A stretch of 64,000 bases of DNA from Octopus sinensis (GCF_006345805.1 NC_043009.1:66216001-66280000); one strand, 5' to 3'; positions 39,842 through 55,361 are shown, counted from the first letter of the stretch. Translations and numbers: made by a program. The notes: a model not told the origin generated them from the sequence alone.

Positions 39842-40350
39842 CTCTCTCTCTCTCTCTCATGCCTGTGTTCTATAATCAGGTAGAGAAACACTTGTTTTGT
39901 CACAAAAAGCTACCATGCTGTCTTCCAGTTAGACGTTCCATATCAAAAGTTCATCTATTTACAAGATACCTTTACAAAAGACGAAGATGGCTTTCCATTG
40001 AAATTGCTGTCGCTAAAATATCGATTTAACGGATGTCTTTCTTTTCTGTCAAATATATGGCGGGAGCTGTTCACAGAAATGTCAAAATTTGTAGTATTGT
40101 ATGAAAACATGCTCTATCTCATAGCTTTTGTTCTGGAGGGCGTTACGCATTACAAGTTTGTAAACAAAATACGAAGGATAGGATTGTTGGGCTTTTTTTT
40201 TTCTTGACTCTATATTGCGAGTTTCAAAATATTCAATAACACGCTGAATTATAAGAGTTCAAATAATCTTTCACTCATGCAGCTTAAACTAGTTAGGATC
40301 TAGAATATTGCAGAACGACATCAAAAACACACCTGAGAAAGTCATCATTT

Positions 40351-40360
40351 AATAATAATA

Positions 40361-40417
<57 letters not shown>

Positions 40418-40473
40418 CGATGATAACGATGATATAACAATAATAATAATAATAATAAATAATAATAATAATA

Positions 40474-40515
<42 letters not shown>

Positions 40516-40569
40516 TGATGATAACGATGATAATAATAATAATATAATAATAATATAATAATAATAATA

Positions 40570-40601
<32 letters not shown>

Positions 40602-40638
40602 TGATGATGATGATGATGATGATAACGATGATAATAAC

Positions 40639-40707
<69 letters not shown>
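40351..40707. repeat. (AAT)n/(GAT)n array
   Basis: Read directly. Confidence 0.95.
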
Positions 40708-41775
40708 GGCCACAGAGGCCAAAGGACGATATCTGTACTTCAGTTGTGAACTGAGACATACAAAGGAAATGTTAAAACAAGAATTTACAAAAGCAAACAA
40801 GATTGGCAAAACAAAAATAATTGAAAGCAAAAGAATGACTTGGAACATTTCCCGTTGAATATATTAAACTTTCGATGAAGCATTAAGAATAATAAAAAAG
40901 AAACATTATATAAGCAAAATAGATCATTCAACATAGCAGCTTAAATATGGTGCTTGGGTGAGGATTTGTTTTACTCCATGATTCTTGTCGCTTGCCACTT
41001 GTTATATTGAAACTGGATACACGCAGGTTCACCCCTAAGTAATTTTGTGTTGGCCCCATTAAAATAATGAATTCCCTGTCAACAGAGTGTTTCTGTTTGG
41101 TGTGACTTTTCACTTCCAATCTATCATTTGGATGTCTTCTGAATGCAACACAACGCCATCTCGTTTCTGTTTCATGAAGTCAACCATTGGTCTAAGACAC
41201 ACGTTTCTCACTCTCACGGCTGTGATTGTTTGTTGACCTGTAGAGTAGAACACTACTCTTTGTCAGTTTTACACACCTTTTGCTTCCTCTTTGCAGAGTT
41301 TGTTCTGCTTTCATTTTCGTGTTTATTTTGTTATTGTTAAGTGAGACATCAAAATCGCTGTTGCTCGAATTAAACACAACAAATATGTAATTATTTCTTA
41401 TTTCAAAATGCAATGGTTTCGTTTTACAGTATTTCTTCTCCATTCCCTTCTTTCATTTACTTTTTTGCTTTTCTTTTGTTGCTGCGTGTTATATGTGGAG
41501 CTGTTAAGGCTTATGTTTCAGGGAGTGTTGCTCGATGACATTTCCATTGAATGTCAGCCAAACACAGCAAGTGTTCAGAAATGGCTTTTATTTTGCCCGA
41601 TTTGGACGAAGGAAAATAGAAATTGATAAAAATCATTTCATCCATCTTACTTTGAGTCAACTCAAACTGACTGACACTGAGAAAGTCATCCGATTTTAGA
41701 AAGGAAAAAAATTACGCAAAGTTAATCCATAAACAATAACATTATGAAGCACGCATTGTCACGGTAAGATCCAGG

Positions 41776-41833
41776 AATAACAACAATAATGATAATGATG
41801 ATGATAATGATGATGATAATAATAATAATAATA

Positions 41834-41877
<44 letters not shown>

Positions 41878-41890
41878 GTAATAATAATAT
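41776..41890. repeat. (AAT)n/(GAT)n array
   Basis: Read directly. Confidence 0.95.
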
Positions 41891-42517
41891 CAACATCAGC
41901 GTTGATAACAAAATTGACAAAACTACAAAATACCAGCGAATCTCCTGCCATGCCAAGAAACAAACACATACATATATCCACAGCGACATCCAGTGTCGTC
42001 ATATGCGGAGAACGTGAAAATGAGGCCCTTGGGTTTATAAGAACGACCACAAATATAGTTGGCCTCATTCGGAATATGTAATCTATTGCTATCACCCACT
42101 CACTGGTCAGACATTCACAACAGTCAGTCCATCTCTGGGTTGTCGCGCACAAGGATACAGACTTTGTTTAAAAGTCGTGAAATCTAGTTAAACTCGGTCT
42201 GGCTAAAAAGTGAAAATTCCGTACTCAATAATCTTTGGCATCCTACAGTGAAACCTTTTATAGTGACTGTCATGAACTTTTGCTTGTACTCGATATTCCA
42301 ATGAAATTGGCAATATCATAGTTCCAGGTAACAGAGCTCGTGTTTCATCATCATCATCAAGTAACGTTGCTTAGTTCCTGACTGGAAGCTATTCCCATAC
42401 ATCACGAAACTAGAGGAGATGAAACGTATCGGGTCCGTTATTTTTTTCCCCAGTCTTAGAAACTGAATGGAGACGTTTGCAAGCCACCGAGTGTGCAAAA
42501 GTATACACATTTGTATA

Positions 42518-42666
42518 GGCGCAAAGGCCCAGTGGTTAGGGCAGCAGACTCGCGGTCGGAGGATCGCGGTTTCGATTCCTAGACTGTTGTGTCTGTTTAT
42601 TGAGCGAAAACACCTAAAGCTCCACGAGGCTTCGGCAGGAGATGGTGGCGACCCCTGTTGTACTCC
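42518..42666 (+). mobile_element. SINE family C, tRNA-like 5' portion
   Basis: ggcgcaaaggcccagtggttagggcagcagactcgcggtcggaggatcgcggtttcgattcc has A-box and B-box-like motifs. The body is shared with 25166-25500. Confidence 0.8.
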
Positions 42667-42672
42667 TTAAAA

Positions 42673-42808
42673 AGGCGGTGAGCCGGTAGAATCGTTAGCA
42701 CGCCGGGCGAAATGCTTAGCGGTATTTCGTCTGCCGTTACGTTCTGAGTTCAAATTCCACTGAGGTCGACTTTGCCTTTCATCCTTTCGGGGTCGATTAA
42801 ATAAGTAC
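42673..42808 (+). mobile_element. SINE family A, 3'-truncated
   Basis: Near-consensus head and core. Confidence 0.9.
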
Positions 42809-44075
42809 ATTGATAGAGAAAATCAAGATGATACTGTATATTTAATTCATCCTGAATGATCAATGTGTATCAGCCTGGAATCCTGTATCTCGGTGTTAAT
42901 TAAAACCAACCATGCAAGAATAAAGTCTGGTACTACTTTCAGAAAGTGTTCCGCTACGCTCTTTACATTCATTAATCGACTTCACAAACATATGTAAAGA
43001 AAATGACCTCGGTTTGTTTACCTATGTTGCAGCAAGGCTATGACACCTGTATCTGTGAAACTTATCTGAAATAATAATTCTTTCTGCTACAAGCCTGAAG
43101 TTGTTTCGGGAATGAAATGAGTCGATGGCATCGGCCTCGAATACATAAAAGGCAAAGTCGGCCGCGACGGAAGACGGACTCGAGAAATGAAGGCAGACGA
43201 GACACCAGTAAGTATTTTCTTCGGCATACTAAACTTTTGTCAGCTCGCCACATTTAGTGAAATAACGACGATAACGATGACAATGATGATAATGATAATG
43301 ACAATGGTGATGATGATGATGATGGCGACGATAATGATAAATAAATAAATCAAAACGTTTGACAAAACTTGCTGTGATTATTAATGTAGAAGAGCTTTTA
43401 GAATGGGTTGACGTCTCTTCTGTCAATTAATATAGGATAATGCTGGTATTTTCAAAACGGTCGTAATTGCTAAACCTTGACAACCAACCGTGTATTCAGA
43501 TCTTTAAGTAACAAGGTAATAAGAAAAAAACGGTTACGATTAAAATCGACAAAATCAGTTTCCTTGATCAAATTCCAATCAAAGTCCGGGAGAATTCTCG
43601 GAAGGATTAATCAATCCGTTTTGAATATTGCTCACGTGTGATTCTTTTTGCGGCTTAATATCCAAATCAGTTTCAGACTAACTCTGTCATGTGTAAATAT
43701 TTGAAAAAATTATATAAAACGTCAAAAGCTGAAATAAGCGGAACCGAATCCAGGCCAGTTAAAAACGACTTCTTTCCTACAAAAAAGACCCCTTTAGCCG
43801 TAAATCTCAAAAATGTATATACTAAAAACTTTTTCTATGCAAAAGACTGGAAGTAAAATGTGAATCATTATTTTTTTCCTTTTTCCCTTCCATCCCTCTC
43901 CCAATTATTACATATGTTTATATAAATTATATATGCCAAACTCACCTGAAGAACACGTAAGCCAATATAATTTCAGTTGAACTATGAACATTTATTCGGT
44001 GAAAACGTGTCTTTATATCAATTTTTATTTTTCATACATATGACCTCATGGAGTAAAAACATTCTGCACTCACCG

Positions 44076-44121
<46 letters not shown>

Positions 44122-45317
44122 TAAAAAGATATATATATTACATATTATATGCTATATGAATGTTATTCATGTTTTTCAGCAACATCAACAGAATACCGGA
44201 ATTAACAGTTCACGGATAATTGCAAGTCTAACAACCCCAGCTCATGTCAAACATATAATCGACTTCCCACTACATCACTCTTGAGAAAACACTACCAAAT
44301 CGCTTTTGCTGGTAAGAGATGATGACCTGGACATAAATCACAAAACATGTTGTTTACAGCCCAACACATTAAAAGGAACTTTTGAACGAGTCTTGAACAA
44401 TGAATTGAGTGACAGGCTGGAATCTGAAGAGCAACATAAGAACTGCTTAAGTGGCTGCAGAGCGATTTCTAAAAAAAGCGAAAGATAAAATCCATTCTTC
44501 CAAGTCAACACCCTTCTTTGTCATTTAATCAATGCATTCGTTTTATAAAAACCCTCAAAATGCATCCAAAAGTGAAAATTCTAGAATATAAGTTCACTTC
44601 TCTGCTTTACTGTTTCGGAGATTTGTAGTCAAAATCTGTCTACAGCATTGGAAACGAGTCGTCAAAGAAATACGGTGAAGAGTCTTCAATGGCATTGCAG
44701 CAGCCATTTTAAACAGGGAGGACTAAAAGCCTGAGTTGAGGATCAGGAAACTCTTGTTGTTTTTACCTGGATATATTCTGAGATTCTTTCTACTAGTATA
44801 TTTTGTCACCCAGAGTATTCTACTAGTATATTAGTATACTTCTACTAGTATATTTTGTCATCCAACCATACATATATACATACGTATATACTTATTCATA
44901 TGAATACATGTGTATACAAACACACACATATAACAAAAAGATGGAGCAAACAGGCTTTAATCACAAATCACAACAATTGTTTCTGTGCATTGGCGACGGC
45001 TGTTAAATGCTGAGTTTTCATTCATGCTGTTATACAAATATTACATAATTAAATAATGCGATCAAACAGTTACTGTGCATTCGTACGCCATCAGGTGAAT
45101 GGCTTTGAGAGCGGTGCTGCCTGTTCATTCCATCTTCCAGTTTTATAAATCTTTATATCACTTCTGCGTAGATAAACGCATTTCCCCATGTACATCCGAT
45201 ATGACAACATATTGCAGCAGACAACCGTACAGGAGATTTGAAATGAACGTTACTTGGTTATTATCGAGATGATATTGTATGCCTGAAGCGATAAGTTTCA
45301 GAACTGAATACAAATCT

Positions 45318-45545
45318 TTTTATTCTTTTATTCTTTTACATGTTTCAGTCATTTGACTGCGGCCATGCTGGAGCACCAATTTAAAGGGTTTTAGCAGAAC
45401 AAATCGACCCAGGGACTTATTCTTTGTAAGCCTAGTAGTTATTCTATCGGTTTCTTTTACCGAACCGATAGATCATGGGGTCGTAAACACACCAACATCG
45501 GTTGTCAAGCGATTGTGGGGAACAAACACAGACACAAAACACACA
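45318..45545 (-). mobile_element. CORE-type SINE family B, 3' half
   Basis: Contains tcagtcatttgactgcggccatgctggagcacc and aacatcggttgtcaagcg. Confidence 0.85.
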
Positions 45546-45603
45546 TATGCATACACACATGCACGCATACACACACACGTGTATATATATATATGTATGT
45601 ATG

Positions 45604-45640
<37 letters not shown>

Positions 45641-45832
45641 ATATATATATGTATGTATGTGTATATATATATATATATGATGCAATATTATAAAATAAGT
45701 GCACTCTGAAATATTGTCTTCCAATTCTTCATTGAACTACCATAATCTGTTATTTGCTAAGCGAGTTACAGAGTCCAGTGTAGAAGCAGAAGATCGGTAG
45801 AATAAAAAAAATGAATAAAAGAAATACCTTGC

Positions 45833-45919
<87 letters not shown>

Positions 45920-46043
45920 ACACCTATCTATCTATCTATCTATCTATCTATCTCTCAGCCTATCTATCTATCTATCTATCTATCTATCTCTCTCTCTCTC
46001 TATATAATATATATATATATGTGTGTGTGTATTTATATATATA

Positions 46044-46136
<93 letters not shown>

Positions 46137-46392
46137 TATATTATATATAAAGAGAGAGAGAGAGAGAAGAAGGAGAGAAAAACTATAGGAAATAATAATG
46201 GTTAGTGATGGATAAAAATGTAGATAATGGAGACGATAGCGATAGTGGTTTTGGTATCAATGGTCGCCTCGGTGGCGGCGGTGGTGGTGGCAATGGCGGT
46301 GTTGGCGGCGGCCATTGTGGTGATTTTTTTTACTACTACACCTGATATTAGCCGGGGTAATGATAATATTTATCCTTTTCTTTTACTTGTTT

Positions 46393-46425
<33 letters not shown>

Positions 46426-46427
46426 GC

Positions 46428-46479
<52 letters not shown>

Positions 46480-46866
46480 TGTATGTATGTATGTATGTAT
46501 GTATGTATGTATGAATGTATGTATGTATGTATGTATGTATGTGTGTATGTATGTATGTATGTATGTATGTATGTATGTGTGTATGTGTGTGTGTATGTAT
46601 GTATGTATGTATGTATGTATGTATGTATGCATACATGTATTGTGTGTGTGTGTGTAAGTCTTTGTCTTTGATTAGAGCACCAGTTTAGTCAAGGTTCTGT
46701 ATAATCTGATGATATTGCGATGGTAACAATCATGCTTTTTACAATTGTCATCATCGTCGCTGCCGTCATCATCTTCATGAACATCATCATCGCCGTCATC
46801 ATGGTCATCATCGACATCATTGTCATCACCAGCAACCAGTGCCATCACCAACACCGCCATCACCGC

Positions 46867-46911
<45 letters not shown>

Positions 46912-47158
46912 AATCATTACCACCACCACCGCCATCATCATCATCATCGTCGTCGTTGTCATCATGATCGTCATAGAGGTCGCTGTTGGGATCGTCGTAC
47001 CTTGCATTATCACCTTCATCAATTATGTATGTTTCTAAGTTTGTATGTTTCTATCTCTGCATGCGTACAAAGGTAGGTGTGTATGCATGTAGATATGTAT
47101 GTCTGTATATATGGTTTCTCCATTTTTTTTGCCTTTTGTTTACATATACATTCACACA

Positions 47159-47216
<58 letters not shown>

Positions 47217-47482
47217 CATATATGTATATGTGTATGTAGGCAAGCATGTGTGTATTTATATTTGCCTCTCTGACTGATTAGAATAAATCTAGCACTATTA
47301 TTGGATGCAACCGCTAAGTAGATAATGGTTTTATTTATAAAAGTATGTCTGACCTCAGACTTGTCGTATACTAATATGTTGTTGCGTCTGGATGGAAACA
47401 AAGAAGTCCGTAGCTACTGACCGTTGGCGATGTGTGTGTCAAATGCGTAGAAACGCACGTATACAGTGAGAAAATATGTACA

Positions 47483-47525
<43 letters not shown>

Positions 47526-47829
47526 TATATATATATACACCATAGATATTACGAAAACAAGGCAATGTGTGAATTTTTGTGTTGTCGTGCGGCTTGCTAG
47601 ACAAAACAGCATAATCTTCCTCAAATCAAAACATCTCGAATTGGGGAAACGAATAGGGGCATTAGGTGATATGGCATGATGGTCACTGTTGGAACATCAC
47701 TGATCGTATGCTTGTTAAGTCATGCTGAAACCGACTAAAAAGTCAGCGACACATGGTAGCATATGTTTGTACTAACCACACAATTATTGAGGCCTAATGC
47801 ACTCTTATTGTCGCTTACGCATTCAATGG

Positions 47830-48172
47830 ATCCATCCATCCATCCCTCCCTCCATTCTTATTCTCTGCCCATTATTCTGTGGAAATTGTAAGCGTAGAAT
47901 CCGCAGCAATCTTCTCCACAGAGTCCCACCGGAAGCGCCATTACACTTTCCGGTTGAATTCCCAAGTGTGACCAACTGAGACAATGGACAGTAGCCAATC
48001 GTCTCGTCCCTGGACAAATTCTCGGTCTCTTAGTGGATGGTTCAGCTTGAAGAATTGGCCATTCTCCGACATTTTAATCACATGATTGTAGTATCGGAGT
48101 TGTGACCTCTAAATGCAGAGAAGTAGCAGCTCCACATTGAGCGATCTCCGAGATACTCAGCCGTCGAGTAAA
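47830..48172 (-). mobile_element. RTE-clade LINE 3' end
   Basis: Minus-strand translation RRSLNVELLLLCI*RSQLRYYNHVIKMSE resembles the RTE C-terminal LRWxGHVxRM motif. Ends in a (GGAT)n-type tail. Confidence 0.7.
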
Positions 48173-48177
48173 TAATA

Positions 48178-48735
48178 CGAGGTCTGATCAAAAAGCATCG
48201 GGACAGTTGCTATAGTGACGGAACTAAAGTACGCCGTGTGAACCCGTTTAGCACAGATTGACCTTGAAATCTGTGTCGCATGCACGCGAAGTTATAACGC
48301 TCTCGCTCACATCCATTGTTTGCAGCAGTGCTTTGAAGTAAAGCGTGTAGAGTGTGGTCGCTTGAAAAACACGATGGGGTTTCAACTGCGCAAGACCTCC
48401 TTGATTGAGTCGAGGATGTCGAAAACTTTGAAAACGGTCATAACAGATGATGGATCTTAGGTCCATGGCTATGACCGCAAAACCAGGGCAAAAATCAAGC
48501 CCCACCTGAATGAAACAAGATGTCAAAACACCGAGGAAATCCAAGAGAATGCGATGAGGTACCTGTTCGCTTTCCCTCAAAACGAGTTCCAGGAACGCTT
48601 CTATCAACGAAAATGAGGCCGGTTAAAGTGCTTAGCTTCAGAAGGAGACGACTTCGGAGGAGATTAAAAGCCAAATTGATGTGTTGTAGTTTTCTTTTTA
48701 TAACACCAATCACGATATTTTTTAATCAGACTTCA
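48178..48735 (+). mobile_element. Internally deleted mariner (DD34D-type) element
   Basis: TA flanks and imperfect TIRs (cgaggtctgatcaaaaagcatcg / cgatattttttaatcagacttca). Relics VITDDGS*VHGYD (ITGDETWVYGYD-like) and EEIQENAMRYL...CLASEGDDFGGD*. Confidence 0.88.
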
Positions 48736-49019
48736 TAATAGAATTAGGAAAAAAACCCCCAAAAAACAAAAAAAAACCAAAATAAAAACAAAAAAAAAAC
48801 CATTATTGCACTTATTCGAAGTCTACATTATTATTACACAAAAACATTAATGTGAACTCAGCTCCTTCCAATCAGCAATTAAGCTACAAAGAGTAGTTTC
48901 TCACTAAAACACTACGTCAGAAGATCAGAAGAGAACGCATCCTCATTGCCGCCAATATTTCAACCATTCGGAGTGAAAGGGAAAAAACAAGAACAAAAAG
49001 AAAAAACACAGAGCTGAGA

Positions 49020-49567
49020 CGAGAGAGCCGCTTCGTGATCACTCAGCTTGCTAGAAATAATAGTCAAAATTCCATCAACCCAAAGCTTACCATCTTAAAA
49101 GGGCAAATCTAAGATGCCCTGAGTAGTGTTTTCCCAGATATTTACTATAAGGGCAAAGACAAAATCCTTTCACCACAGATCGTACATAAATGGGTGTCAT
49201 TGGCTGGTTAAGGATCCGTTCACTCTTTCTTTAAATACGTCAAACAACGAAGAGCCTATGCATAGTCGCTCGACCTGCTAGAAATGACAGCCAAATGTCC
49301 TTCATATCACACACATGCTGTCTTCAACAATGGAAGCACATTGAATAATGTAGTCCTAGAAGCACCATGCCCGATGACAATTCTTATTCTAATGCAAGGC
49401 CAGCAATTTTGAGGGGAGGGGAAATGGAATGCATCGAACCTAACGTTGAATCAGTACGGGCAAGATGGCGCTCGGGATTTTGTCCAGCGCGGTGGTAGTA
49501 ATTAATAATAATAATAATAATAATATGATGGCATGAACTGCTCTCTCACTCAATAATAATAATAATA

Positions 49568-49608
<41 letters not shown>

Positions 49609-49910
49609 TTTGTTTGTTATCGATCTGCTGGTTCAGTGATGATCTGAGGTTAAAAAATCAAGAACCATGACCATAGAACAACGTGGTAATTTCTGTGTAG
49701 TTACTTGATCTTCCAGTAATAGCAACCAAATCTAATTCATTTCAACTCGTTAACGCATTAAGAAAGGGAAGGACACGTAGGATGATGTAGCACGAGATTA
49801 ATCATGGTTTAAGTAAGAAGGAGAAGAAAAAAAGAAAGACTTGATCAGATCAAGCTTGGTCAAAGCAGAATTGTGTAACAACAGCAACAAAACCACGGTC
49901 AAAGAGCAAC
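49020..49910 (+). mobile_element. Three decayed copies of an unclassified interspersed repeat (family E)
   Basis: The recurrent motif ctcgacctgctagaaat(g/a)acagccaaat occurs near 49040, 49268 and 49705, with a further copy near 27508. Confidence 0.5.
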
Positions 49911-49990
49911 CTGTTTCTAATTTATTTAGCGAACCAATGAAGTGATTTCGTTTACTATACATACATACATACATACATACATAAATACAT

Positions 49991-50067
<77 letters not shown>

Positions 50068-50581
50068 ATATCTATATATATATATAATATATATATATAT
50101 ATGTAAATACATATATATATGAGATGATCTTTCTCACAACTTATAATATACCTTCATTCTTATATTCGTAGAGTACTTTCGCGTATAGAATGTATAAAAC
50201 TAACGTAATGTTATAGAAATATGGGAAATTTTATAAAAATAATGCGAAGTCTTGGATTCGGTTTCGTTAATTCTGCGGAATCAAGCGACTGTTCTTCAAC
50301 AGCAAGGTGCACAAAGGTAGATATAATTGTGTGGTAATGTAAATTGTGTGTATTTATGAATAATTGACTAGGTATAGAGGATCTGGAGATAGGGAAGATC
50401 AAGTTCAATGGAAATTAAGAAACAGTAACAGAGAGAGAAAGGTAGAGAGAGAGAAAGAGAGGGGAAGAGAAAGAGAGGGGAGAGAAACAAGAAAATAATG
50501 GTGAGAGAGAAATACTTGGAAGCTCGGCTATATTACTTCGTAATAATGCTTATTATTAGTGTATACATACATTCATATATA

Positions 50582-50635
<54 letters not shown>

Positions 50636-50836
50636 AAATACATATAAATACACACATATATATATACATACAAACATACATAGAAACATACATATATACA
50701 TGTATACATACATTCATAAATACATTTATATATATGAATACATACATATATATATATCTATATATATAGATATATATATATGTATGTATAAATACATATA
50801 AATACACACATATATATACATAAATGTATATAGAAT

Positions 50837-50868
<32 letters not shown>

Positions 50869-50988
50869 GCAAACACACACACATATATATATATAATTAT
50901 GTATGTATATATATTGTATGTGTGGTGTGCGTATATATATATGCATGCATGTACATATTTACATAACCATATATATGTATAAGCACAC

Positions 50989-51085
<97 letters not shown>

Positions 51086-51422
51086 GTGTGGGAGGGCAAG
51101 AGCAAATGTGCCTTTCTATATACGGAGTTAATGCAATTGATGTGCTTCTGATATAGGACACAAAAGACATGAATTTAGCACTCTGTTGCACATTTGTATA
51201 CGATCACGGAACTGGCTTTGCAATTATGTTATTGTATTGTATTACATTTGTGAAACTAAATGTAACACGTTGTGTATGGCTTAGAAGCGTAATGAGGAGA
51301 TGGATAAAACGGAGAGAGGTTGGTAGGTTGGTAGGTTGGTAGGTTGGTAGGTTTGTAGGTTGGTAGGTTGGCTGGTGGGTAAGCTAAGCCATCTTGGTAG
51401 ACACATAAGTGGATAGTTGAAC

Positions 51423-51510
<88 letters not shown>

Positions 51511-51633
51511 ATCTAAGTATCTATTTATCTATCTACATTTTGACCTACCATATATATGATATAGATGCAGATTTTAGATATAGATTTAGATGTAGATATA
51601 GATACACACACACATATAGGCAGATACAGAACG

Positions 51634-51728
<95 letters not shown>

Positions 51729-52356
51729 GGAAAGGAAGAAGAGGTTGGATGGGAGTGACTGTGCAGGAGTGAGTGTAAGAGTAAAGATTGCAGTTAAATA
51801 TAATGTAGATTTATGATACCGAATTATCCACGGGTCGATAGATAGGCATACATACACCTATATGTATGTATGTATATATATATATTTAAACATACATGCA
51901 AACTGACATATATAGCGATAGATGTACTTTTGAACATTTTCACACGCACACACACACATATATTTATATACGCCCACACATACATATATACATATATGCT
52001 TACAGAGGTGGGTTCATGTCTCACGGGCAGACTTAGACACTTTGTATCCCAGGAGTGTTTCAGCCAATGTATGTATGTATTTATGTATGTATGTATGTAT
52101 GTATGTATGTATGTATGTATGTATGTATGTATGTATGTATGTATGTATGTATGTATGTATGTATGTATGTATGTATGTATGTATGTATGTATGTGTATGT
52201 ATGTATGTATGTATGTATGTATTATGTATGTATGTATGTATGTATGTATGTGTGTATGTATGTATATGTGTGTATGTGTGTGTGTGTGTGTCTGTGTGTG
52301 TGTGTGTGTGTGTACACATACACACAATATAATATAATATTGCATTTGTCGCTCCG

Positions 52357-52567
52357 CTGGCGAGCTAGTAGAAACGTTAACTCGCATAACAAAATGCCTA
52401 GCTGTATTTCGTCCGCCCTTACATACTAGGTACAAATCCCACCGAACTTGACTTTTCCTTTTAGCCACTCGTGGCCGATCAAATAAGTACCAGTTGAGCA
52501 CTGGCGTCGATGTAATCGACTTAGCTTCTTCCTCGAAAATGCTGGTCTTGCGCCAAAATTTGAAACC
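52357..52567 (+). mobile_element. Old SINE family A copy
   Basis: Degenerate head, core (aataagtaccagttgagcactgg) and tail. Confidence 0.75.
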
Positions 52568-52711
52568 CTCACCTGAGTCCCGAATCGAATGTGTCGCAGT
52601 ATTAGTTATAACAGTTTGTGCTCTGAGATGGAATCTACTCGTGCTTCTTTAACCATTACATATTAGATAAAAGTCACCTCGATGATAGGAAGTTTTAACA
52701 TCGTGCGATAA

Positions 52712-52830
52712 CACTATATGGGCATAGCAGAAGGCAAATCTAAACACAGATACTACAGTCGTACATTTTCCTTCAGAAATATACAATAGAGGGATGCAAT
52801 AAATTGACTCAGTTACATCCAGTATTTGGA
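52712..52830 (+). pseudogene. Penelope-type GIY-YIG endonuclease relic
   Basis: Translation HYMGIAEGKSKHRYYSRTFSFRNIQ*RDAIN*LSYIQ matches the PLE pattern YIGxxExxFKxRYxNHxxSFRN...TxLSxYIW. Confidence 0.6.
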
Positions 52831-53425
52831 AAAATATGCTACTGCTTTTGGCATAAGTGAGAGTTCTGCTACCGTGCTCTTGAGATGAGGCATAATTTAA
52901 GGTAGTGTCATTCCCGAAAACTTTTATAAATCTGCAGAATTTTAAATGTCACATTAAAATTCGTCACCAAATACTGCTACGTCAACAAATACCGCTCGAA
53001 ACTGAAATATTACACTAACAGCCGACTAAATAGATCATTATTTAATAATTTTACATAAATAATCTCACTCTCTCAATTTTTCTCCTCACTTTTGACAGAG
53101 ACTGCTAATTCATAATAATTTTAAATTCTCTGATGCTCTTTTAACTAGATTCACATACAATAGGTTATGTCGTCTGCACATTCAAAAACGCAGTATCGTA
53201 AACTCTTCATAAATATAAACAGTATGTTAACCGCCTAATTTCAGAAGAATTTTCAGTTTGTTGCCTGGTAATTGTCTGTCAAAAGATGAACCTGGTACTT
53301 CGACTAATTATATATTACTATAACATTTTCTCATTCAATCTCTCCCCTCTCTCTTCCCTCTCCCCCCTCTCTCTCTATATATATACATACATACAAACAT
53401 AATGCATACACGTATATTAGTATAC

Positions 53426-53479
<54 letters not shown>

Positions 53480-53531
53480 TCCTATACACAATACCTACTC
53501 GCACACATCTGAGTGCATGTATGCCTGATAT

Positions 53532-53580
<49 letters not shown>

Positions 53581-53796
53581 GGGGTGAGAATTGCCAAATA
53601 GTTGGATAGATTGATAGATTTTTTAATTCCTAATAGACATAAGCGTTATAAATGGTTCTAATATTTGTTGAAATCTTTCTCAACGCTAAGCCATGAATAA
53701 TATTAATTATTGCGAGCGGAAAGGGTTAACTATAGCTCCATGTGATTCAAAATACACACGCAGCTACTCATATGAGCGCACACATACATGCACCCC

Positions 53797-53840
<44 letters not shown>

Positions 53841-55320
53841 CATATTTATATACACAATAAGGGTATATAAATATATGTGTGTGTGTGCATCAGCACGCAA
53901 ACACACAGATATAGATATGTGTGTATGGTTATTTGCTGGTATAAATCTTGAGCGTTTTTCAAGATTTGTGGAATGAGCCAGAAGAATATTACAGATATTG
54001 CAGTAAATGCTTTTCTTCTTTTTTTTCCTTTTTTTTTTTTGCTTCTTATAACCGCATCTGTCCGCTAAGTTAATCCGAACGAAATGAAAATGCGAATCCT
54101 CCGATCCTCTGTTTAATATGTGTGCGTATGCGTGCGCGCATGCACACCTGCACCCACCACACTGGCATTTACGCACACGCACACACGCGCACACGCATGT
54201 GTATCCTCATCCAAGATGGAGATGAATACCAATGTTCTCATTTGGCAGGTTTCATAATTGTTGAGAGACTCCTCACAACAGGAAACCATTGGTAGCCTTG
54301 TTAACACATAAATAAAGAATATTTATCCACTAATACAGTGTTGAGTACTCACTGTCACTGTTTGACATTAGTATATTATATCTGTATGAGTGTGTGTGTG
54401 TGTATGTATACAAGGACATACACACACATTTATTATAAATTTTGATTCCCCCCGACAACTAGACGTATGTATGCATGTTTATTTATATACCTATATACAC
54501 TCGCACTAACGCACACACACACATATGTATTCTCATCCAAGATGGAGAGGAGTGCCGATGTTGGATCTGCTCTAGGAGGAACAAAGGCCAACTTCACAAA
54601 GCTTAATTTGCCCCAAATTAAACGGGTACTTAGCCCTGCACAGGGTCGCAGCATCGGGGGCATTTGTAAAATTTGTCAACCAGGATTTTGGGCCGCAAGC
54701 AGAAACATTACCATGAATGCTGGAATATTAGGGCCAACTGCCGGATGTGGTTAGCATTTGCAAGGGACGTGGTGAACTCATCGGTTGGAGCGACTCAACC
54801 CATCCCAGGTGAATGCCGCCGCAAGTACAAGCACGTAAGTATATATAAGTACATGTACACACACATACACACACATACATGCACACACACACACACACAC
54901 ACCACACACACATACACACACACATACATGCACGTGGCTTTGATCTTTGGTTTGCTCGGTCAGCTTTTGTCTGCGATTAATCAAAATCCGAAAGTGCATT
55001 CTGCACCTTCGCCGTTTTTGCACTCTAAGAAATACAGTGAACTCTATTGATTGACCTGTTCGATTTCTCATTGATATCTAAATATTTGATGAAGCTATTG
55101 TTCAACGATATATATTTATTAACAAACAAAAAACAAAACAAAAACAAATCAGCTCAATCTGGGCCGCCCATCAGATGTACACATATGCGTGTGTGTATAA
55201 CGGTATGTATGTGTACTATATATATGTGTGCGTGTGTATGTGTGTGTGTATTCTTATATCTACGCATACATATACACACGACAACTGATTTACGTACACA
55301 CACACACGCGCGCATACACA

Positions 55321-55361
<41 letters not shown>

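Noticed and set aside
41895-42110. Ancient RLE-like relic after an AAT array (DNKIDKTTKYQ...ALGFI)
   Set aside because: The similarity is limited to a few residues, so it was not counted as evidence for TAA targeting.
42518-42590. tRNA gene
   Set aside because: It has A/B-box-like motifs but no convincing acceptor stem and runs into a SINE body. The same applies to the heads at 17545 and 33521.
44788-44862. Triplicated ttctactagtatatt motif
   Set aside because: An ordinary short slippage duplication with no further structure.
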